Shown here piece by piece: positions 19,806 through 28,333 of a stretch of DNA of 64,000 nucleotides (position 1 is the first letter of the stretch; every line of letters begins with the position of its first letter). The translations under genes and the position numbers were made by a program. Below the pieces are notes generated by a model, which saw only the letters and a program-made list of their open reading frames with translations, was not told the DNA's origin and did no database searches. The stretch covers positions 11,332-75,331 of the forward strand of contig CAZQUN010000002.1 of the NCBI GenBank assembly GCA_964596615.1, read 5' to 3'. This DNA comes from an uncultured Candidatus Saccharibacteria bacterium (GTDB taxonomy: Bacteria; Patescibacteriota; Minisyncoccia; Portnoybacterales; UBA2143).

Positions 19806-20936
19806 ATGAACAACAAAATAAAATATTATACAGCTCAAGAGCTTGCAAAAGAATTAAGGGTGAACATAATGACAATCTATCGTTATGTTAAGGCTGGCAA
19901 GCTTAAGGCCCATAAAATAGGTAAGGAATTTAGAATCTACAAAGAAGAATTTGATAGATTTTTAAACGAGACAAAAATTGATAAAAGAGAAAAAAATCCT
20001 AAGAAAGTTAAAAAATACGGCCTCGATTTAGGTAAACGAGGTATTTATGATATTAGAAATCCATTAAATGATTTGACTGGTCGAGAATGGATCTATTTTT
20101 TAAACTCTATTCGTGTTACCGATTTTTCTACTGATGAGAATGAGTTGGAGCTATGGAAATACTTACAAAATTCTTTGATAGAAACTAGATATTCGACAAA
20201 TGGCAAAGATTCATTCGCTCATGATTTAAGAAAAATACATCCTTCGCCAAAGCCACCACAATTGATGAAAGAATTGATAGAATTTTTTACAAAAAGAAGT
20301 GGTTATATTTTAGATCCATTTATGGGGGTGGGGGGAACTCTACTTGGAGCATCGTTATCTAAGAGAAAAGCTGTTGGGATCGATTTGTGTAAAAATTATA
20401 TTGATGTTTATAAAAAAGCTACAGAAAAATTAAACTTAAAAGAACAAACTACTATAGTAGGCGATGCTAGAAATATCGACAAGTATCAACAAACAAAATC
20501 TAAGCTTTTTGATGCCATTATTACAGACCCACCATATGCTAATTTACTATCGAAGAAACGTACTGGAGGGGACAGAACAAAAAAGATAGGCACATCTACG
20601 CCCTTCACAGATAATCCACTAGATCTGGGGAACTTTGACTATAAAGATTTCCTGCCTGAATTTAGAAAAATAATAGAAAGACTCTTATTAAGCTTAAAAC
20701 CGAAAGGATATTTTATTACATTCATAAAAGATCTTCAGTCAAATGAAACGCACCATAATATGTTACACGCAGACATAGTAAACGAGTTAATAAAAATATC
20801 TGATCTTTCCTACAAAGGATATAAGATTTGGTACGATAAGACAATTAACCTATATCCTTATGGTTATCCTTTCTCTTTTGTGGCTAATCAATTACATCAA
20901 TTTATCCTAGTATTTAGAAAAGAGAGAAAAAAATGA
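19806..20936 (+). CDS. Amino-DNA methyltransferase (N4-C/N6-A) with N-terminal excisionase-type HTH
   Basis: YYTAQELA..L.V...TIYRYV..GKL HTH; HPSPKP, DPFMGVG, TDPPY. Confidence 0.88.
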   Translation: MNNKIKYYTAQELAKELRVNIMTIYRYVKAGKLKAHKIGKEFRIYKEEFDRFLNETKIDKREKNPKKVKKYGLDLGKRGIYDIRNPLNDLTGREWIYFLNSIRVTDFSTDENELELWKYLQNSLIETRYSTNGKDSFAHDLRKIHPSPKPPQLMKELIEFFTKRSGYILDPFMGVGGTLLGASLSKRKAVGIDLCKNYIDVYKKATEKLNLKEQTTIVGDARNIDKYQQTKSKLFDAIITDPPYANLLSKKRTGGDRTKKIGTSTPFTDNPLDLGNFDYKDFLPEFRKIIERLLLSLKPKGYFITFIKDLQSNETHHNMLHADIVNELIKISDLSYKGYKIWYDKTINLYPYGYPFSFVANQLHQFILVFRKERKK

Positions 20937-21973
20937 GATTTATAGGGAATAAACAAAAGCTATTAGAATTTATACTTTCTAAGATCAGAGAGCATAAGAT
21001 TGGTCGTGGGATATTGATTGATATATTTTCAGGAACAACTAATGTCGCGAAATTTTTTAAGAGATTGGACTATCCGGTTATCTCGAATGATCTTTTATGT
21101 TTTTCGTATATATTCCAACGAGCGTATATCCAAAACAATCGACAACCTCTTTTTAGGGGATTAAAGAAGATAGTTAATCAGTCTTCTCTATCTTCTGTTA
21201 TTGAGTGTTTAAATAGCCTAAAAGGTGTTGAGGGTTTTATGTACAACAATTTCACAAAAGGGGGCACTTCGAATAAAGAATATAGTAGGAATTATTTAAG
21301 TGAAGAAAATGCAAGGAAAATTGATGCCATCAGAGATAAAATCGAGCAATGGAAAATAAAAAAAATAGTCACAGAAGAAGAATACTTTATTTTATTAACC
21401 TCTTTGATTGAGGCAGTCCCATATGTATCTAATATTGCTGGAACCTATGGGGCTTTTTTAAAAATAGACGATCCCAGGAAATATAAACCTTTAACTTTAA
21501 AGAATCCTGAAATTATTATAAATAAAAATAAAAATTTTGCTTTCAATGAAGATGGGAATGAACTAATTAAAAAAATAAAAGGCGATGTTCTTTATATAGA
21601 TCCGCCATATAATTCAAGACAATACGCTCCCAATTATCACCTTTTAGAACACATTGCAATATGGGATAAAAAGGTTATGGATAATAAAACAGGATTAAGA
21701 GACTATAATAAACAGAAATCCTTATACTGTGCTAAAAATAAAGTTTACCATGTGACTCTGGATCTAATCGAAAAAGCCATAAACAAAGCCCAGGTAAAAC
21801 ATATCTTATTTAGTTATAATAACGAAGGATTATTAGAGGATTATCAAATTAAGGAAATCTTTGATAAGTTTGGAAAAGTTTATTTTTATAAAAAATCATA
21901 TCCCAGATTTACACATCGAAACAACCACAGAAAAAATACTGAAGAATATCTATTTTATTTATCTGTTCAGTAA
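20933..21973 (+). CDS. DNA adenine methyltransferase (D12 class, M.NlaIII/FokI-like)
   Basis: RFIGNKQKL, DIFSGT, YGAFLK, YIDPPYN.RQY..NYH, FSYNNEG motifs. Confidence 0.9.
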   Translation: MRFIGNKQKLLEFILSKIREHKIGRGILIDIFSGTTNVAKFFKRLDYPVISNDLLCFSYIFQRAYIQNNRQPLFRGLKKIVNQSSLSSVIECLNSLKGVEGFMYNNFTKGGTSNKEYSRNYLSEENARKIDAIRDKIEQWKIKKIVTEEEYFILLTSLIEAVPYVSNIAGTYGAFLKIDDPRKYKPLTLKNPEIIINKNKNFAFNEDGNELIKKIKGDVLYIDPPYNSRQYAPNYHLLEHIAIWDKKVMDNKTGLRDYNKQKSLYCAKNKVYHVTLDLIEKAINKAQVKHILFSYNNEGLLEDYQIKEIFDKFGKVYFYKKSYPRFTHRNNHRKNTEEYLFYLSVQ

Positions 21974-23335
21974 TTTTTCTATTTTATTTAAAAATTTAGC
22001 TAAAGTCTTAAATATAAATACCTCACCTTTTTCTGTTAAAACAAAAATTACATGTTCATTTGTTATTTGTTTGCCGTATAATACTATCCCTCTTTTAAGC
22101 TTATAGCTGGGATATAAAGGTTTTAAGCATTCGGTCTCAAAAGCTAGAAAAGTCTTTAAATCTTTTAATGCTTTTTTTAGTTTAGCTGTTATCTTGCCTT
22201 CCAAAGAATAAATTTCTTTATTGTAGTCATCTCTTAAAACTAAATCTGGTAAATTAACTATCCCTTTTCTTTTATTCCTCTCAATATATTTATGAACAAC
22301 AATTGGATTCCCCTTCAAATCATATAAATATCCTCTTTCGCAACCAGCGTGATTTTCATATATTGGGATAATATCTGTGGTACGCAAAGAAAGCATATGA
22401 AGCAAGATGGTGGCTAATTTTTCTGATTTATTCTCATATTTCCAATATGATTCAGGGAGATCCATTTTAGGAATTTCCAATTTTTCTAGTTCGATATGCA
22501 AGGCATTCGCAATAAGAATGAATTTATTCGAGTGCGATACATGTCTTTGTTTTAGTCCGTGATGTGTGATTATTATTCTACCCTTCCATCCTAATATTCT
22601 CAGCGTCTTCGAAATTAAAGTTAAAGCACCAATATTTGGATCATGAGATAGACTATCGCTTTTAATTAATCTCCCGCTTATATAGATGGCGTTATTAGTC
22701 TTTTTGATTAATATAGGAACATTACCTCTTGGTGGTTTTCTCATTTTATTTTTCACTTCGATTACTTCTTTAATCGATTTAAATGGGGTGGGTTTAAAAA
22801 GGCTACTGCTTTTTCCAAACATCTCAACGCCTATCGTCAATAATAACTTAGTCCCAAATATATTTGTGTCTGTCGGCTTTCTGCTCTCCTCAACTTGTAA
22901 ATTATATAACATGATTTTTCTTATGGTTGGATAATAAATATCTATAAAAACAAATTTTGATGCTCTTTGAAAAATTCCTGTATTTCTTGACTCAATATCT
23001 CCTGTTTTGGTTTCTTCAACGACTAAAATAGGTTTTTGCGTTGGGCTAGGAGGACCAATCCCTTCATATATTAGAAAATCCACAAAGCTGCTATCGCCGC
23101 TTACGATCTTTAACAGAATATCAGATCTTCCTCTAATTCTTACATTATCTATCCTATACAAATGAGCAAAAATACCCTTATTAAAAATAGGGTTAATTAC
23201 TGCGTTGCCTTTAGCTCGAAGATTTAAATTCTTCTGTTCAGCATAAAGCCCAAGTATTTTTTCTATAATCTCCGGCTTAGGCCGTTCCTCGCATAAAATC
23301 CAAGTTTTTATTTTATTTGTGGTAGACATATTCAA
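21959..23335 (-). CDS. Putative Type II restriction endonuclease
   Basis: Convergent with two MTases; two PD-(D/E)xK-like motifs (VDFL..VEETK and PDLVL..LEGK). Confidence 0.7.
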   Translation of the reverse strand: MNMSTTNKIKTWILCEERPKPEIIEKILGLYAEQKNLNLRAKGNAVINPIFNKGIFAHLYRIDNVRIRGRSDILLKIVSGDSSFVDFLIYEGIGPPSPTQKPILVVEETKTGDIESRNTGIFQRASKFVFIDIYYPTIRKIMLYNLQVEESRKPTDTNIFGTKLLLTIGVEMFGKSSSLFKPTPFKSIKEVIEVKNKMRKPPRGNVPILIKKTNNAIYISGRLIKSDSLSHDPNIGALTLISKTLRILGWKGRIIITHHGLKQRHVSHSNKFILIANALHIELEKLEIPKMDLPESYWKYENKSEKLATILLHMLSLRTTDIIPIYENHAGCERGYLYDLKGNPIVVHKYIERNKRKGIVNLPDLVLRDDYNKEIYSLEGKITAKLKKALKDLKTFLAFETECLKPLYPSYKLKRGIVLYGKQITNEHVIFVLTEKGEVFIFKTLAKFLNKIEKLLNR

Positions 23336-23501
23336 AATTAAACCTCGCTTTTACTTAACCTTAACAATTTTTTATAACAGCGTCTATATCTTGGCTACTA
23401 TAGACTATCAATAACAAAAGCCCGGCAATGGGCTTTTCTTTCAACTTTGAAGATATTAGTTACTTAAATAAAAGGGCTTTACTTTTTATTTAATGATAAA
23501 T

Positions 23502-24107
23502 TTATCTATTTTCAGTGGGTCCGAGTTTTTTTATATGATCTCTTGGTCTAACGAACTTACTTCTATTCAAAACAACAATTTCATAATTTCTAGCCATAGG
23601 TTCGCCAAAATGAATTTTTATATATTCTCCTAATCCAAACGGAAAATTTTTATCGTAGTTATTTATGCCGTAGCCGATGGGGAATTTGCTAAAAATTGGG
23701 TGAAAAGCGCTGAACTCGTAGCCAACTGGAAGCCAAGATGATCGCCTCGGGTGATATGGATGAAGATATAAAATATCCCAGTGTTTGCCATTTTCGCAAA
23801 CGGTCTCATAAATATCAATAGGGCCGTTAACTTTGCCGCTTTTTGTAGATCCTAATCGATGGTACATAAGACCAGTACCACACTTGCATCTCAATCTATT
23901 GATATATTTCATCTCGCCAATAGCGCCGTTAACAGGAATAGAATTAGCGGCGATGCGACCAAAGTCCTGTTCACTGTCTATCAAAGAATCACAATCCCTT
24001 CCCTTTATGGCTAATGGATATAAACCGGGGATCTCTTTTTTTAGGTCTTGCTCCTGATCTTCAAGGGACTCATCAATAAATTTTTTCTTAAATAAATTAA
24101 AAAACAT
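23502..24107 (-). CDS. Hypothetical protein
   Basis: 201-aa ORF with several Cys/His; no family recognised. Confidence 0.7.
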   Translation of the reverse strand: MFFNLFKKKFIDESLEDQEQDLKKEIPGLYPLAIKGRDCDSLIDSEQDFGRIAANSIPVNGAIGEMKYINRLRCKCGTGLMYHRLGSTKSGKVNGPIDIYETVCENGKHWDILYLHPYHPRRSSWLPVGYEFSAFHPIFSKFPIGYGINNYDKNFPFGLGEYIKIHFGEPMARNYEIVVLNRSKFVRPRDHIKKLGPTENR

Positions 24108-24110
24108 ATA

Positions 24111-24344
24111 TTAGATCTTCGTCTTTTTTTCTAAACTATTTAATTCTCGATATAGATCCTTTAATTCTATTTCCAGTAAGCCAGAAAGTTCTTTTAAATT
24201 AACGACTTCTCTCCTTATGTCTCTTTTTAAGATGCGGAGAATACCGAAGGGATAAAGTAGTTCTGATATCCTTTTATTATATTCTTCTCTTTGCTTTTCC
24301 AAGAACATAATTTTCCGTTTTACTTTTTTAATTCTATTATTCAT
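24111..24344 (-). CDS. Small coiled-coil protein
   Basis: 77 aa; co-oriented with its neighbours. Confidence 0.5.
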   Translation of the reverse strand: MNNRIKKVKRKIMFLEKQREEYNKRISELLYPFGILRILKRDIRREVVNLKELSGLLEIELKDLYRELNSLEKKTKI

Positions 24345-24384
24345 GTTTTAAGCTAACTCGTTGATATTTAGGAGATGGATAGAA

Positions 24385-24528
24385 TTATTTACACCAGTAT
24401 TCACAACCTTGTTCAGTCCTTTGAGCGGCATTGTAGGTTCTGTAATCGGTAATAAAAATCCAGATCGAGAAAACTACCAAAGTCGTGACTCCTAATAGAA
24501 GTAGAATTAATTGTAGCCAGTCCTTCAT
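24385..24528 (-). CDS. 47-aa single-TM peptide (not in the ORF track)
   Basis: MKDWLQLILLLLGVTTLVVFSIWIFITDYRTYNAAQRTEQGCEYWCK*, read by hand. Confidence 0.55.
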   Translation of the reverse strand: MKDWLQLILLLLGVTTLVVFSIWIFITDYRTYNAAQRTEQGCEYWCK

Positions 24529-24549
24529 GGTTTTTTACAATGGGAATAC

Positions 24550-24685
24550 ACAAAGCCCCGCGCTAGCTAGGCCTTGCGGCCCTATAGCCCTTTCGGGATA
24601 TAGCCCATCACTGAGTTGCTGAACGCGGGGTCCAGTATCAGTGATGGGTCTTTTACGCCATGCCCTAAAAGGGTTTAGGTCATTT
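24550..24685 (-). ncRNA. Candidate pseudoknotted structured RNA or leader
   Basis: 11-bp stem, 7-bp loop-to-3' pairing, GAAA and GCAA tetraloop hairpins on the minus strand; GC-rich patch in AT-rich DNA. Confidence 0.6.
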
Positions 24686-24828
24686 AGTTGTTATTTATAA
24701 CTTACCACAAGTTTTATTGGAATGGAAGCGATAAAAGGGGATATCTAATATTTTAAACAAATATTGAAAGAAGGCTTAGAACGGGATAAAATAAAGGAAA
24801 TTACAATGATAATTATTCTAACATTACG

Positions 24829-25695
24829 ATGATCACAGGAGTAAAATTTGATTCAGGAGTAAAATTTGATTGGGAGAATCTTTCCTCAGAAAATCTTAAA
24901 ATCGCCAGGAAGGTTATTAAGGTTATTTCAGATTTTTTACAATTTCAGCCAATGGGCAGATTCTCACCTTATACTGTAATACCATTACAAAGATTCGAAG
25001 AAAAACGGATATGTATAGACGATATAAACATGGTATTGGATAAAATAGATGATATAAAGGTTAGTAACGACGAATTGCGCTATGAAATAAAATATCATCC
25101 ACAACGAATTCTAAGGTGGTTTTATGGAAATTTTACCGATGATGGTTTATTTAACGTCCCACCAGAAAAGATACTCAAAAATTACATTTTTCTACAAATA
25201 AGTTCGATAAGCGATCTTCGTCGAGTACAGGGCTTGATCGATGAAAGACTTAAAATAGACTCCAGGCAAAAAGAAGAAATACTATCTCCTAATTATCTAA
25301 AATCAATACACCTTATTACTAAGTCTCTTGAGCCGACCGATGTGATATTCCTAGTTCTTGATGAGCGTTTTGAATATCCTATAAGAAGCGTAGTATGGCA
25401 CAAAGGCAATCCTACATATGTCAAAAAACTATATGATATTGCCTATTTTGTGGATGTTCCAAATAAAAAAGTTAATTATGGTAAAAATATAGCTAATAGC
25501 ATTAACAACGGGTTATTTAGAAAAAGGCCAGTGGCAGAATATATGGAAACAAATAAATTCAAAAAGCCAACGCTTGTACAAAAATCAGAAAATAAAACTT
25601 TGGTTTTAAAAAATGAAATTCTTGTAGAAACAGGTCTTATTCATAATAAAGTTCCGAAACAATATCAATATCTTTATATAGATAAAACAAGATAG
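24829..25695 (+). CDS. Hypothetical protein
   Basis: 288-aa ORF; 18-bp tandem duplication at 24836-24871; terminator-like hairpin downstream. Confidence 0.7.
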   Translation: MITGVKFDSGVKFDWENLSSENLKIARKVIKVISDFLQFQPMGRFSPYTVIPLQRFEEKRICIDDINMVLDKIDDIKVSNDELRYEIKYHPQRILRWFYGNFTDDGLFNVPPEKILKNYIFLQISSISDLRRVQGLIDERLKIDSRQKEEILSPNYLKSIHLITKSLEPTDVIFLVLDERFEYPIRSVVWHKGNPTYVKKLYDIAYFVDVPNKKVNYGKNIANSINNGLFRKRPVAEYMETNKFKKPTLVQKSENKTLVLKNEILVETGLIHNKVPKQYQYLYIDKTR

Positions 25696-25830
25696 TGTTC
25701 GTATATCATTAAACTTGGGAGTTGGTCGTATGCTAAAAACCGCTTTAATAAGCGGTTTTTTTCATTTGTTCTTCGACTGGTCGGATAGATATAATAATAG
25801 CAAATAAATTACTGATCTAATAAAAATTAT

Positions 25831-26091
25831 ATGACCCAAAAACAAATGGATGATACAAAAAATTATTTTCACAGCCACGACATTGGACTGGTTGCTTATT
25901 TGCTTTGTCGAAATTTTGAATTAGTCAGCCTGGATAAAGTCATGAAAAATAAGGTGCTTTTCATTCTGAAAAGGACCAATAGGATAGACATAGAAATAAA
26001 GAAATATTGGGATTTTAATTCATTAGTTGATGCCCAAACTTATTTTAATCAACTAAAGAGGTTAAAAAATCAAATCTTTAGTTCAGAGTGA
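25831..26091 (+). CDS. DUF5659-like small protein
   Basis: DIGLVAYL...F.L..LDK...KVLF...YW...VD..YF..LK.LK..I pattern, recognised by eye. Confidence 0.7.
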   Translation: MTQKQMDDTKNYFHSHDIGLVAYLLCRNFELVSLDKVMKNKVLFILKRTNRIDIEIKKYWDFNSLVDAQTYFNQLKRLKNQIFSSE

Positions 26092-26131
26092 CTTATGTCG
26101 AATAACAAAATACAAAACGATTAATAGATTT

Positions 26132-26362
26132 ATGACTAGCCAACAAAAGTTTAAAGTTAAAATCAAATTCAATAAAAATATCTCCAAAAAAGAAAGAAAG
26201 AAAAGGCTGCGAAATGTTTTCGATACATTGTTCTCTAAAGGAGATAGTAAAGAAACTAAACTGAACCTTGGTACTGGTTTGGGGTTCCGGCAGGACATGC
26301 AAACTCCCTGGAAACCAGAGCTAGTACTGGGGCTTACGCAGGGATGCCAAAAAGAAGAATGA
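26132..26362 (+). CDS. Hypothetical protein
   Basis: Co-oriented; overlaps the rep start. Confidence 0.45.
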   Translation: MTSQQKFKVKIKFNKNISKKERKKRLRNVFDTLFSKGDSKETKLNLGTGLGFRQDMQTPWKPELVLGLTQGCQKEE

Positions 26363-27141
26363 TCGACGCTAATAGATTATATGGGGATACAGAACTGATT
26401 GAAAATATCGGTAAGGATGGGTTGTTGCTCTATATTCTACTTTGGTCAATGTCAGAGGATTTCGGTGCTTTCGAGAATAACCCAAAGCAAATCCATTATG
26501 AGTCAAAAGGGGTAAGATTGAGTGTGAAGAAAATACAAGAATATTTAGAAACACTAGAAAGATTAGGAAAAATTATTCTTTATAGAGTCGATGACAAAGA
26601 ATACTACTGGCTTAAGAATTTTTTTAAGTATCAGAAATTATCTAATGCTTCGCTTCCCAATCTACCTCTACCTGAATGGATTAAGTATAAAGAGTGTCAA
26701 TATCCAGGCGGTAGAAAGTATGCTCAATATAATGTAGATACCGAGAAACTACCTGTAGCCTACATGAAGCCTGTACGAGGCATAGTCGAAAAAGAGAAGC
26801 GAAAGAGAAGCGAAGATAAAAGAAAGGAAAATAAAAGAAGCGAAGAGGGAAAAAAGTTGTCATTCGACAATAATAACGAGCAGTCGTCTTTAAATAGATC
26901 TAATAATATCGCTGAACCGCTTACTTGTAAATCAAAGGAATTCAAAGTTAGAGAGATAGCCGAAGAATTAGGAGAAGTCGATCCGATCAAATCTACCAAA
27001 GTTTGGTTAGGGAAATATGACTACTCTTTAATTAAAAGAACCTGGGAAATTTATGGAAAGCGAACTGAAACTAAAACAATTAAAAACTGCCCCGCCTATT
27101 TCAATAGTTTACTAGAAAAATTACATAGTGAGCGAAAGTAA
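26344..27141 (+). CDS. Phage-type replication initiator / replisome organiser-like protein
   Basis: MPKRRMI...LLYILLW..SED.G N-terminus, charged linker, C-terminal IKNCPAYF..LL. Confidence 0.65.
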   Translation: MPKRRMIDANRLYGDTELIENIGKDGLLLYILLWSMSEDFGAFENNPKQIHYESKGVRLSVKKIQEYLETLERLGKIILYRVDDKEYYWLKNFFKYQKLSNASLPNLPLPEWIKYKECQYPGGRKYAQYNVDTEKLPVAYMKPVRGIVEKEKRKRSEDKRKENKRSEEGKKLSFDNNNEQSSLNRSNNIAEPLTCKSKEFKVREIAEELGEVDPIKSTKVWLGKYDYSLIKRTWEIYGKRTETKTIKNCPAYFNSLLEKLHSERK

Positions 27142-27156
27142 ATCCTATTTATTTTT

Positions 27157-27666
27157 ATGAGTAAAGGCGAAAAAATTAAACTATCACCCCAGCAAGAATT
27201 GTTTTGCCAGCTTTATATTAAAGATTATTTTGGCAATGGAGTTAAATCATACATCATTGCCTATAAGAAGGAATTTCCAATAGATGTTGAGTATCGATAT
27301 TTAAATCCAGACGAAAAAAAACGATATGATTCCTATGCTGTCCGGGCCGCTCAACTATTAAGAAACCTTAAGATGGTTAAGCGCATAGGAGAATTACTCG
27401 ATGAGCATATTGAGGATGCAGTAGTAGATAGAGAAATGATAGCGGTTATTCTCCAGAAGGAAGATTTGACCGCGAAGATGAGGGCGATCAGCGAATATAA
27501 CAAAGTCAAACAACGAATCATTTCTAAATCTGAGATTGAGAAAAAAGTAATAAAGGTCGACAAAACAAGTAAAGAGTTTAAGGAGTATAAACAATGGCGA
27601 TTAGAGAAGAGAAAATTAAAAGAAGAGAGCCAGGAGAGGTTGGCCCGAAAGAAGAAAAAGAAATAG
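27157..27666 (+). CDS. Terminase small subunit-like protein
   Basis: LSPQQELFCQLY...GNG.KSY..AY...A..A.QLLRN.K...RI.EL, typical of the TerS HTH. Confidence 0.72.
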   Translation: MSKGEKIKLSPQQELFCQLYIKDYFGNGVKSYIIAYKKEFPIDVEYRYLNPDEKKRYDSYAVRAAQLLRNLKMVKRIGELLDEHIEDAVVDREMIAVILQKEDLTAKMRAISEYNKVKQRIISKSEIEKKVIKVDKTSKEFKEYKQWRLEKRKLKEESQERLARKKKKK

Positions 27667-27818
27667 TAAAGGAGTACTTTAATCGGTTTCGTCTATCTAA
27701 GGAGCAGCAAAGGGAAGTCCTTGTGAGAATGATTGCCGAGTTGCGATTGGATATAACGATTTCTTTAGAGGACCAGTTTTGCTTAAAAAGGAACAAGAGA
27801 AATAAAAAAACCGTTTAG
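27594..27818 (+). CDS. Hypothetical protein
   Basis: AAGGAG RBS before the ATG. Confidence 0.5.
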   Translation: MAIREEKIKRREPGEVGPKEEKEIVKEYFNRFRLSKEQQREVLVRMIAELRLDITISLEDQFCLKRNKRNKKTV

Positions 27819-28009
27819 GCTATTTAGTTTCTCATATTTGATTCTTGCTTGCTTATTCCGTCTGCCTATTTCTTAAGAAGCTCTCTAATTCCTTTTCAGA
27901 AATACGACATGACTTTAATAGATGGTTATATTTATCATAAAAAAAGAAAGAATAAAATCAATTAAATATACCAATATGATACCAACAAAAACCCATAAAA
28001 TAAACTTTT

Positions 28010-28195
28010 TCATTTTCTTTTATTTAAAAACTTTTCTAATTCCTTTTTCTCGATTCTAAAATTCCGCTCAGTTAATTTAATCGCTTTTAATTTACCCGAA
28101 CGAATATAGCGCCAGACGGTTTCGTTGCACACATCTAGTAATCCAGCGATCTCTTTCGGGGTATAGTATCCTTTTTTGAGTTTTGTTTTGGCCAT
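28010..28195 (-). CDS. Excisionase-type HTH (HTH_17) regulator, candidate directionality factor
   Basis: YYTPKEIA.LL.V..ETVWRYIRSGKL.A.K...FRI; divergent from the recombinase. Confidence 0.85.
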   Translation of the reverse strand: MAKTKLKKGYYTPKEIAGLLDVCNETVWRYIRSGKLKAIKLTERNFRIEKKELEKFLNKRK

Positions 28196-28201
28196 GTTTT
28201 C

Positions 28202-28320
28202 ATTATAGGAGTCGAGTAAGAGAAAGTCAACTTTTGTCTACTCTATCCATAGTCAACAACACTTGACAGGGGATAACTGGTAAGTTAAAATTAAGACAAG
28301 TATAGTCAACAAGAGTCAAC
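28202..28320. promoter_or_regulatory. Divergent promoters with four AGTCAAC repeats
   Basis: Minus strand: TTGACT (28230-28225), 17 bp, TATAAT (28207-28202). Plus strand: TTGACA (28263-28268), 17 bp, TAAAAT (28286-28291). AGTCAAC at 28225, 28251, 28304, 28314. Confidence 0.75.
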
Positions 28321-28333
28321 ACAATAATCTTTT

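Noticed and set aside
23383-23412. Possible fourth att-arm copy (and another at about 19019-19045)
   Set aside because: Needs gaps and matches too weakly in AT-rich DNA; mentioned only as a hint
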